DNA of 61,476 nucleotides from a virus (Duplodnaviria; Caudoviricetes): IMG/VR virus record IMGVR_UViG_3300035670_000213, positions 1 to 61,476 of that record; one strand, 5' to 3'. Shown piece by piece: positions 54,466 to 61,476 of this stretch (position 1 is its first letter; each line of letters starts with the position of its first letter). The notes under the pieces were generated by a model. It saw only the letters and a program-made list of their open reading frames with translations, ran no database searches and was not told where the DNA came from. The position numbers and the translations under genes were made by a program.

Positions 54466-55809
54466 ATGGATGTAGAAAAAATACTAAAAAAACTAAAAAG
54501 AAAAAAAGATGATTTGACAATATCTCAGTATAACGAAATTGTTATGTTTTCACAATGTATTACAAAAAACAATGATAAAATATCAGATTCGTATATAGTT
54601 AGAACATTATCTAGACAACTAGATTTAAATCTGACTAATTTATATGAAAAATATGTTACATATATAAAAACAATAAAACCTAAGGATTCGACTTCGTTAC
54701 ATTCATTTGTTGTTAGATTTGGTGAGCAGGGTAAAGCAATGTATGATGAGCGCATAAAAAGCTGTCCCCCGAAGCTATCATCATACATAGAGAAATATGG
54801 TGAAGATGAAGGTAAAAAGGCATTCGACCAATATAAAAAGTCTAAATCGATGTCATTAGATAATTGTATAAGAAGATACGGTTTAGAATTAGGTACTATA
54901 AAATATAAAGAATATTGGGAAAATACATCATTTGGAATGAGTAAAGAGAAGTTCAAAAAGAGATTTGGTCTTGAATGGGAAAACGAATATAATAAATTTG
55001 TTGATGCTTGTAAAGGCAGAAAAAATCAATTAATTGAGAAATATGGTGAAATTGTTGGTAACGAAATATGGAATGATATTCAAAATAAAAAAGCATTATC
55101 ATGCAGTAAAGATGTATTTACAACAAAATTGACTGATCAAGGATATTCAATCGAAGAAATTGCTGATTTAGTGAACAACAGATGGAATACATTATCTAAA
55201 GAATCGTTTATAAGAAGATATGGTAATGATGATGGTGTTATAAAATATGACGAGTTCTGTATGAACAATCGAAAAAATAATAGATTATGTAGAGAATATT
55301 ATGACAATATGTCACTTTCTGATGACGAGATAACAAGTAAGATATTAGATGAACAAAAGAGAATGAATTCAAATATCAAAAAAAGCAGCAAAGCAGCATA
55401 TAATTTATTAAGGCCAATAGCAAATAAATTCATTGAAACTGGTTTATGTGATTCATATAATTTGGATGATGAGTTTAGAATTGATTTAAGTAAGTATGAA
55501 AATGAAATTTCAGGTAATCATTTTTACTATTATGATCTAACATTCACTGATTTAAATTTGATTATTGAATATCACGGTAAAATGTATCATGAAGATGTTG
55601 ATTATTTATCAACAACAAATCTTTCATACGAATATTTTGAAAATAATTTTAATAAAGATTTATTTAAGAAATTTGTAGCAGAAAGGCGTGGATTTACGGT
55701 TATTGTAGTCAGAGAATGGCTCTTAAAGACAGATAAATTGGAATTATTCAAATTTATCAAAAACACATATAATATTGAGGAAAATCAATGGGTACATCTA
55801 TTTGTTTAA
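54466..55809 (+). CDS. Free-standing Vsr-like putative homing endonuclease between the gp41 halves
   Basis: YYD......LIIEYHG..YH, KD..KK..AE.RGF.V.VV.E; several I.(K/R)YG...G repeats; ATAAATA 5 nt before the ATG. Confidence 0.82.
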   Translation: MDVEKILKKLKRKKDDLTISQYNEIVMFSQCITKNNDKISDSYIVRTLSRQLDLNLTNLYEKYVTYIKTIKPKDSTSLHSFVVRFGEQGKAMYDERIKSCPPKLSSYIEKYGEDEGKKAFDQYKKSKSMSLDNCIRRYGLELGTIKYKEYWENTSFGMSKEKFKKRFGLEWENEYNKFVDACKGRKNQLIEKYGEIVGNEIWNDIQNKKALSCSKDVFTTKLTDQGYSIEEIADLVNNRWNTLSKESFIRRYGNDDGVIKYDEFCMNNRKNNRLCREYYDNMSLSDDEITSKILDEQKRMNSNIKKSSKAAYNLLRPIANKFIETGLCDSYNLDDEFRIDLSKYENEISGNHFYYYDLTFTDLNLIIEYHGKMYHEDVDYLSTTNLSYEYFENNFNKDLFKKFVAERRGFTVIVVREWLLKTDKLELFKFIKNTYNIEENQWVHLFV

Positions 55810-56267
55810 TTGAAGATGATATTGTTTCTATCGAAGAGTTGCCGCAAATGTGTGAAACAATTGATATTACTGTTTCTGGTGACAATTTGTTTGTTGCTAA
55901 TGATATTCTCACTCATAACTCTGGGATGTCTAATTCGGATGTCGAAATGACAGATATTTCCGAATCTATTGGTACTGCTCAGACTGCCGATCTCGTTATT
56001 GCCTTAATCAATACCGAAGAACTAGAAAAACTCGGTCAGATCATGATTAAGCAATTGAAGAATAGATATAATGACGTAACAAAAAATAAGAAATTTCTTG
56101 TTGGTATCGATAGATCTAAGATGAGAATATATGATATAGGTAATGTTACGATTGATGGTGAATATGGAATCCAGGATAACGTTCCCGATTACGGAAAGTA
56201 TGATGATTGGAATGATTATTCCGATTCACCCAAACAATCTAGTAAGTTTTCTGATTTCAAATTTTGA
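55788..56267 (+). CDS. gp41: Split-intein C-half (44 aa) plus helicase gp41 C-terminal fragment
   Basis: TIDITVSGDNLFVANDILTHN/SG (Asn codon 55917-19), then SDV..TD.SES.G..QTAD, KQLKNRYND and GIDRSKMR.YD. Confidence 0.95.
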   Translation: MGTSICLIEDDIVSIEELPQMCETIDITVSGDNLFVANDILTHNSGMSNSDVEMTDISESIGTAQTADLVIALINTEELEKLGQIMIKQLKNRYNDVTKNKKFLVGIDRSKMRIYDIGNVTIDGEYGIQDNVPDYGKYDDWNDYSDSPKQSSKFSDFKF

Positions 56268-56278
56268 TAAATACTAAA

Positions 56279-57085
56279 ATGGAATTCAGATCATTCAGAC
56301 AAAAAATAAACGAATTAGAGCGTAATGTAATAGGGAAAGACTTTTCTACTAAGGAAGGCACTTTCCCTTCTTTTTTTGAGTTTGACAAAAATTACAAAGA
56401 TTTTCCGCAAAAGATATCATTCAAAACGAAGTCTGGTAATGTGATCCTTAGATACTATCAGAAAACAAAAGATACGGTTTATGTTGTTCCTTGGTTAATG
56501 GATGGCGACGAACCACAATCAATCGGAATGCTGCACCTATACAAGAGACCAGTCTACAACGCATTCGGTTATGATTTGTATGAAGTCAAGAATGCTTATC
56601 TCAAAGAAGATCATCAAGGCATGGGTATTATGCCACGAATTTATCGTGAGATTGTTGCACAAGGATATAATATCGTCGCATTAGATACACAATCGACAGG
56701 TGCGAGAAAGATGTGGTCTAACTTCTACGGCAAAGAAGGATATGATGTTTGGGGAATTATTGGGGTGAGATTTTTCGTAGAACCGGAGAGAGGTAGAACA
56801 AAAGAAGATTGGATTGAAACTATTAACATTTCGAATAAATTCATAACTCTACCAGAGAATCCTGAGTTGTCTGCTGTTGTTCTTACGGATAACGGTGTCG
56901 AAGAAGTTAAATCAATGTATGTGGATACTGAAGGTTATGAGGAATTAGAGAGTGCTTTGATACTTACTGCACCTGGATCGGATCTGAGTGAAGACCTGGA
57001 ATCGATGATGAATCTAGAAGAATTTCCAGAAGAAGAAGCATTGTATAAGACCCTGACTAGTATGTTACTAGTGAGTGCTGGATAA
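56279..57085 (+). CDS. Late protein with a GNAT-acetyltransferase-like domain
   Basis: ATAAATA 5 nt before ATG 56279; YL..DHQGMGI...IY motif A and QS.GA.KMW motif B. Confidence 0.6.
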   Translation: MEFRSFRQKINELERNVIGKDFSTKEGTFPSFFEFDKNYKDFPQKISFKTKSGNVILRYYQKTKDTVYVVPWLMDGDEPQSIGMLHLYKRPVYNAFGYDLYEVKNAYLKEDHQGMGIMPRIYREIVAQGYNIVALDTQSTGARKMWSNFYGKEGYDVWGIIGVRFFVEPERGRTKEDWIETINISNKFITLPENPELSAVVLTDNGVEEVKSMYVDTEGYEELESALILTAPGSDLSEDLESMMNLEEFPEEEALYKTLTSMLLVSAG

Positions 57086-57087
57086 AC

Positions 57088-57115
57088 AAAAAAGGGAACC
57101 CGAAGGTTCCCTTTT
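57088..57115. terminator. Bidirectional Rho-independent terminator
   Basis: A6-GGGAACC-CGAA-GGTTCCC-T4 between convergent genes. Confidence 0.88.
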
Positions 57116-58221
57116 CATAAATTAATAGTCACATCTAATACTTTTTCTGGTTGAAGTGCAGCCAACCATTCGGTTGCATTCTTCACCTTACCTGATCGTC
57201 GCATATAGAAGTAAGAATGAACCTTCGGAGTGAAATTATCCTGGACATACAAGGCGAATTCCTTTTGGTTCTCGAATACCTCAAAATCAATTTCCGAATA
57301 CCAGAAATCATCTAACATAGCGACAGTCGTATCCACATACTTCTTAATCTCATCGAAACGAACACGCAAATCAGGGAAGTATGCAAACACTTCGGAATCT
57401 TCGCCAGTGCGAATCAATTCAACAATTCGCTTGTCGTTAATTGTGTCCTTTAAGTGATGAATCAAAATGTACTTCTCAGACTTAACCTTGATTCGATTAA
57501 AATTAGAATCGACCAAGACGAAACCTTCTTGGTGAGAAGGATCTAGTTCCTTTGCAGCAGATACAATCTCATCGATAGTTGACATCGAGAAAGATCGAAC
57601 TACATCAAAGCTATCTTTATAGATATCAACCGGAAAATGAATTCCGGATTGAGTATCACGTACACCAATAAGAGTTAGCTTACCTTCATTATCAATCTGA
57701 TTAGTCACAACACGATTGTACTTCGAAGTTAACTCAAAAAGATAAGTGTTACGAGGATCTAGATCGGATTCAAAATAAAGTCCTTCATTGAAGATCTTCC
57801 AGAACAGATCGGCGAAAGTGAAAGATTCTTTTCCGACATTGCCGCCAGCATCGGGTGAACCCTTCGTTGCGACATTCCACTTTCCGGCATAATGATAAAC
57901 AATCATCAAAGAACCATCGATCTTCTCCTGAGCAACAAATGAGTTCCAGTTAAAGATATCCTCATCCACATTCTCGCCCCAATTAAAGAATCGATCAAAA
58001 GGACGTGCGACAATCTTCCAATCATTTGCACGATCAAGAATGATTCCACGAGCCTCCCGGACCATAGGATGATCCTTGATCTTCGACGATTCAATTTGAT
58101 CGTAAGTGAATTGATAGAGATCGGGATATTCACGGTGCTGCTGAGAATAAATTCCGTACTCGGAAGATAACTTCAGCCGATCACCCCAATTTTCGATTAG
58201 AAATTTCTGTAGATGAATCAT
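57115..58221 (-). CDS. rnlA: RNA ligase 1 (RnlA-like)
   Basis: EARGIILD, PF.RFFN.GE, EKIDGS, TYLFEL...NRVV, EGFV and RIKVKS..Y motifs. Confidence 0.9.
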   Translation of the reverse strand: MIHLQKFLIENWGDRLKLSSEYGIYSQQHREYPDLYQFTYDQIESSKIKDHPMVREARGIILDRANDWKIVARPFDRFFNWGENVDEDIFNWNSFVAQEKIDGSLMIVYHYAGKWNVATKGSPDAGGNVGKESFTFADLFWKIFNEGLYFESDLDPRNTYLFELTSKYNRVVTNQIDNEGKLTLIGVRDTQSGIHFPVDIYKDSFDVVRSFSMSTIDEIVSAAKELDPSHQEGFVLVDSNFNRIKVKSEKYILIHHLKDTINDKRIVELIRTGEDSEVFAYFPDLRVRFDEIKKYVDTTVAMLDDFWYSEIDFEVFENQKEFALYVQDNFTPKVHSYFYMRRSGKVKNATEWLAALQPEKVLDVTINL

Positions 58222-58502
58222 TATCCTAGTTTCTCTTCTGTGAAAATTTGAACTTTTAGCTTGGCTTCTGTGATATTTGGATATGTACCCAAATATTGTC
58301 CTTTGTAGTAAGTTTTAAATTCTACAAAATGATCTACAACATATAGATCTTCCTTTTGACACTCAGAACAATCGCAACACCCACCAGCACGCTCTGTTCG
58401 CTTGAATGAGCGAGTAATGGTATTTCCTACAACTGTTCCGATCTTTATATCATCGACCAGTAGCTCATGATTGTTGTTCTTCCGACGCCATTCGAATTTC
58501 AT
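58221..58502 (-). CDS. Hypothetical protein
   Basis: Coupled to rnlA (TAATG); Cys cluster CCDCSEC. Confidence 0.6.
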   Translation of the reverse strand: MKFEWRRKNNNHELLVDDIKIGTVVGNTITRSFKRTERAGGCCDCSECQKEDLYVVDHFVEFKTYYKGQYLGTYPNITEAKLKVQIFTEEKLG

Positions 58503-58520
58503 TCGTGATACCTTTTCCTT

Positions 58521-58946
58521 TTACTTCTTCAGATTTAATAGTTCGATTTCTTCCGGAGTCAACTTAGCAAGAGCGAGGGAAATCTTCGCTTCCTTTGCTT
58601 GGAGTTCTCTTTCTTTTTCAATTGCCGCATTCAACTCAAATGTAACATCATCCAACCGATACATGATATTATCATCGTATTCGTCTGGTAGAATTAGCGG
58701 AAGACTGCGTTTTTCGCCATAAGAACCGATTTTGCGAAAGGTGAATCTATCGTCTCCGTACGAATTATTTGCTGTCAATTCTAGCAAATGAGGATACATC
58801 ATGTATCCATGAACAAGTTTCAAGAGTGTAGATGGGTAAGAATTCGAAAATTCTTTCCACCCCATCAACACTTCAGCCTCTTTACGAATCATTTCCTGCT
58901 GCAAACGCACACGGCGCTCGGCTGCACTTTCACGTTTCTTTTTCAT
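58521..58946 (-). CDS. Hypothetical early protein
   Basis: TTGACA-17-TAAAAT-6nt-ATG; C-terminal ALAKLTPEE.ELL. Confidence 0.7.
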   Translation of the reverse strand: MKKKRESAAERRVRLQQEMIRKEAEVLMGWKEFSNSYPSTLLKLVHGYMMYPHLLELTANNSYGDDRFTFRKIGSYGEKRSLPLILPDEYDDNIMYRLDDVTFELNAAIEKERELQAKEAKISLALAKLTPEEIELLNLKK

Positions 58947-58982
58947 ACTTTTATTTTACCTCACCCGAATGCAGTTGTCAAA

Positions 58983-59234
58983 TTAAATGTTCTTCCACGT
59001 CACCAAATGCCGTTTGGCTACAATCTCACCACGTTCAAATACGTTCCAGGTGCCTTCGATTATATACCGTTCATGAACATCTTCATCTGATCTGACGGTA
59101 ATTATAGAACTCATGTGTTCTTGGTCCCATGGGGCAGTAGATAATCCAGAACCACTACAAGCACCACATTTATGTGGGTGTGGATTCGGATTTACCCCTA
59201 CACCATCGCAAATTGAACATTTGGTATTAGTCAC
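58983..59234 (-). CDS. Small protein with DnaJ-type CxxCxGxG zinc motifs
   Basis: CSICDGVG and CGACSGSG; TTGACA-17-TATAAT-6nt-GTG. Confidence 0.7.
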   Translation of the reverse strand: MTNTKCSICDGVGVNPNPHPHKCGACSGSGLSTAPWDQEHMSSIITVRSDEDVHERYIIEGTWNVFERGEIVAKRHLVTWKNI

Positions 59235-59307
59235 CCTTTAATTATAGAACGCAAAAAAATATTTGTCAAGGATTTACAAAATTCTCTTCGTTAGCTATAC
59301 TATGAAT

Positions 59308-59511
59308 ATGAAAACGTTCAAGGTGATCTGGTACAATCTGGGATATGGTCCCGAGACGACGTTCTATAGTGTCGAGGATGCTCTTGCATTCATTAAATGC
59401 AAGGGATTCGAAGGTGCCGTATGGGAAACCATTGACGGCGAACAACGCCTTATTTCTTCTTGGTCGCCTATTGGAGGAACTCGTTGGCACCAAGAATGGA
59501 AGTTTGATTGA
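59308..59511 (+). CDS. Hypothetical early protein
   Basis: TTTACA-17-TATACT-6nt-ATG 59308. Confidence 0.6.
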   Translation: MKTFKVIWYNLGYGPETTFYSVEDALAFIKCKGFEGAVWETIDGEQRLISSWSPIGGTRWHQEWKFD

Positions 59512-59551
59512 CAAATCCGTAGCGACCAGCTATAATGAAATAGAGGAAAAC

Positions 59552-59863
59552 ATGAAATTCTTTCACTTCAGTCAAAATAATTCTTTCGGTCGATTCGAAG
59601 GACCGCATAATCTAGTCGTCGAAGCCGAATCTGCGACGGATGCGAATGAACGTGCCCAAGATTGGGGCGTTTATTTCGATGGTGTAGAATCAGGTCTAGA
59701 TTGCCCTTGTTGTGGTGATCGTTGGTATGAACTATGGGAGGGAGAATCCGGAAAAGATTTTCCTCACGTTTGGGGGGAACTCGTTTGTCCAATAGCCTTT
59801 AAGACGAACACCCTAATCATATACGCCAATGGTTTTCAGATGTATGCTAAATTATTGGAATAA
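59552..59863 (+). CDS. Conserved phage hypothetical protein (QNNS/CPCCGDRW family)
   Basis: TTGACA-17-TATAAT and GAGGA SD before ATG 59552; F.QNNS.G.F, GVYFDG...G.DCPCCGDRW. Confidence 0.75.
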   Translation: MKFFHFSQNNSFGRFEGPHNLVVEAESATDANERAQDWGVYFDGVESGLDCPCCGDRWYELWEGESGKDFPHVWGELVCPIAFKTNTLIIYANGFQMYAKLLE

Positions 59864-60141
59864 TGGAGTATCATATGCCACCAACCAAAGAACATTTTTT
59901 CGATAGAGTCAAGTACTCAACCAATCAGATTGATTATGATTCATTCTTCAATTCATTCGAGAAATTCATCGCCGAACTCGAAGAAGATGAATTAATAGAA
60001 TTCGTCGATGAGATGTACGATGTGGTTCTTCAGTACTATGATCCCTTCTACATTTATTCGGAGAATGGAACTGACTATAAGTTTGGACAAATGCAGCAGC
60101 GAATCATTGAACTCTGTAAGGAAATCTTAGATGAAAACTGA
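59863..60141 (+). CDS. Hypothetical acidic protein
   Basis: TAATG coupling to the previous gene. Confidence 0.6.
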   Translation: MEYHMPPTKEHFFDRVKYSTNQIDYDSFFNSFEKFIAELEEDELIEFVDEMYDVVLQYYDPFYIYSENGTDYKFGQMQQRIIELCKEILDEN

Positions 60142-60352
60142 ACACGTGGCAACCTTTTATCGTAGAAGCGAGTCTTTAGATTATACCTTTGGCCTCGATC
60201 TTCTACGCCAGACCCAGAACTCTGGTAGTGATGAACACGAATTGTGGATTCTCGACTATCCGTATGATTCCGATGTAAGGCTACAATGGAATTATTGTCC
60301 ATCGATTTCAGAAATTCATCGGGCAATCGAAAAAATCATGCGAATTAATTGA
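60131..60352 (+). CDS. Hypothetical protein
   Basis: Overlapping gene chain with AAGGA SD. Confidence 0.55.
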   Translation: MKTEHVATFYRRSESLDYTFGLDLLRQTQNSGSDEHELWILDYPYDSDVRLQWNYCPSISEIHRAIEKIMRIN

Positions 60353-60383
60353 CATTCACACAATTAGACGCTATACTATAATC

Positions 60384-60497
60384 ATGAGCAGCGAAGATCT
60401 CTCCTACATGATTAACTACTGGGATTTTCTGATGTCTGAAGAAGAGTATGCCTTGTACTCTTCTTTGATTTCCGGAATCGTTTGTGAGATGAATTAA
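60384..60497 (+). CDS. Micro-ORF (37 aa)
   Basis: MSSEDLSYMINYWDFLMSEEEYALY...; TTGACA-17-TATACT-6nt-ATG. Confidence 0.55.
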   Translation: MSSEDLSYMINYWDFLMSEEEYALYSSLISGIVCEMN

Positions 60498-60515
60498 GGA
60501 CGAGGAATATATAAA

Positions 60516-61007
60516 ATGACTTGCAAACCGACCCTCACAGAAAAAGAATTCTCTGACGTGCATAATGCGCTTTGTTATTTACGTTTCCTTCAGAATGATC
60601 TAACACCAATTCTGAACGAAACCTATTCAGTCAAACTCTCGGATATCATCAAACTATTTGAGGGTGGATTGGCTGGTGCATATGCACAGGATAATGCGTC
60701 ATTCGATCAGAAATCAGAATATTTTGAAAATATTGCTGATGGATATGGATTTGACAGTACGTGGAGTATATACGAAATCTCTTGCCTCAATGAGAGGCAT
60801 CCATTTCCTAAAAATATCGAATTGAAGTATAGAGATCATTGGGGTCCTGATATAGTGATTCAGGAAATCCCTGGAAACACTTGGTTGGATCTGTGGCGTG
60901 CTGCCGACGAAGCAATTCGAAAGAGCGAAGACGGACACCACATTTTCATCGAAGGTTTCGAGTTGTCTGAAGATGGGCTATATTTAGAACTTTCTACTGG
61001 CAGCTAG
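60516..61007 (+). CDS. Conserved phage hypothetical protein
   Basis: GAGGA SD; TWLDLWRAAD.AI..S.D.HHIFIE.F.....L.L.TGS. Confidence 0.7.
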   Translation: MTCKPTLTEKEFSDVHNALCYLRFLQNDLTPILNETYSVKLSDIIKLFEGGLAGAYAQDNASFDQKSEYFENIADGYGFDSTWSIYEISCLNERHPFPKNIELKYRDHWGPDIVIQEIPGNTWLDLWRAADEAIRKSEDGHHIFIEGFELSEDGLYLELSTGS

Positions 61008-61045
61008 TTGACATTCTGCCAACGAGTTGCTATACTAAAAGAGTC

Positions 61046-61261
61046 ATGAAAAACATCACCATTCAAAAAGTGCAGACTGGAATCTTCCAGTCGTTCATTA
61101 ATGGAGTTAAGACCGATTGGGAGATCGTCAACGGTTGTATGGGTACTTCTGGACGTGGACAGAATATCTATTGCATGTACAATACGAAGACCGGAAAAAT
61201 GATTCCCATCGGTTCTCTTCAGGGTGCGAAGAAATCTCTGATCTACACCCTTTCGAAGTAG
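61046..61261 (+). CDS. Hypothetical early protein
   Basis: TTGACA-17-TATACT upstream. Confidence 0.65.
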   Translation: MKNITIQKVQTGIFQSFINGVKTDWEIVNGCMGTSGRGQNIYCMYNTKTGKMIPIGSLQGAKKSLIYTLSK

Positions 61262-61296
61262 ATGACAACCAACTAAAAAGAGGATATAATAAAAGT

Positions 61297-61476
61297 ATGA
61301 GTATGAATTTCTCTTACGTACAATCAATAATTCCTGGTGCTGTTGAGTCTGAATGGCACCAGCACCCTAATGGTGGCGGATGGGTCCAGAACACCGCTAC
61401 GGTAGATGAGACAGCTTTCGTTGGTGTGAAAGCATTGGTTTATGGTAACGCCATGGTCTATGATGACGCCATGGTA
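61297..61476 (+). CDS. Hexapeptide-repeat (left-handed beta-helix) protein, partial
   Basis: HQHPNGGGWV.NTATVDETAFVG..ALVYGNAMVYDDAMV; runs off the window end. Confidence 0.7.
   Translation, partial: MSMNFSYVQSIIPGAVESEWHQHPNGGGWVQNTATVDETAFVGVKALVYGNAMVYDDAMV

Noticed and set aside
22975-56267. Split gp32/uvsW/gp43/gp41 as pseudogenes or as stop-codon recoding
   Set aside because: Breaks coincide exactly with intein or intron boundaries and restore conserved motifs. All three stop codons end ordinary genes, and no suppressor tRNA was seen.
1593-61327. Many antisense or nested ORFs in the track (e.g. 1593-2057, 2520-3125, 13680-14015, 22959-23258, 53104-53568, 54022-54387)
   Set aside because: They shadow well-supported genes on the other strand or frame and lack motifs and start signals.

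Overview
This window is a 61.5-kb AT-rich segment of a large T4-like myovirus genome in the standard genetic code. Left to right it holds: (1) a baseplate/tail module (gp6 partial, gp25, gp5, hub, gp53, gp48, gp4, gp54, gp26/gp51, tape-measure-like protein); (2) an accessory ADP-ribose/RNA-repair gene block; (3) a tRNA cluster (Thr, Asn, Pro) with a GIY-YIG endonuclease and several unexplained structured RNAs; (4) replication/recombination genes (gp32, gp59, gp33, uvsW, uvsY, gp43, uvsX, gp41); (5) metabolic, lysis and chaperone genes (phoH, cobS-like AAA plus VWA partner, pseT, dut, guaC, hsp20, thioredoxin, GH19 endolysin, rnlA); and (6) small early genes. The standout feature is that four core DNA-metabolism proteins exist only after splicing. 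uvsW, DNA polymerase gp43 and helicase gp41 are each broken into two ORFs joined by a split (trans-splicing) intein, with a free-standing Vsr-like endonuclease gene between the halves. The uvsW intein is atypically split (32 aa + about 116 aa) and its nuclease is inverted; the polymerase intein uses Ser1/Ser+1. The ssDNA-binding gene gp32 is interrupted by a group IA2-type intron carrying an endonuclease. Other signals read from the sequence are a canonical -1 slippery site joining gp26 to gp51 just before the tape measure gene, pervasive apparently leaderless transcripts, candidate capsid-packaged effectors (ADP-ribosyltransferase-like and GNAT-like), a ROSE-like leader on hsp20, and an ORF-less promoter/mini-hairpin element that could be an origin. 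All calls come from motif recognition by eye; no database searches were run.
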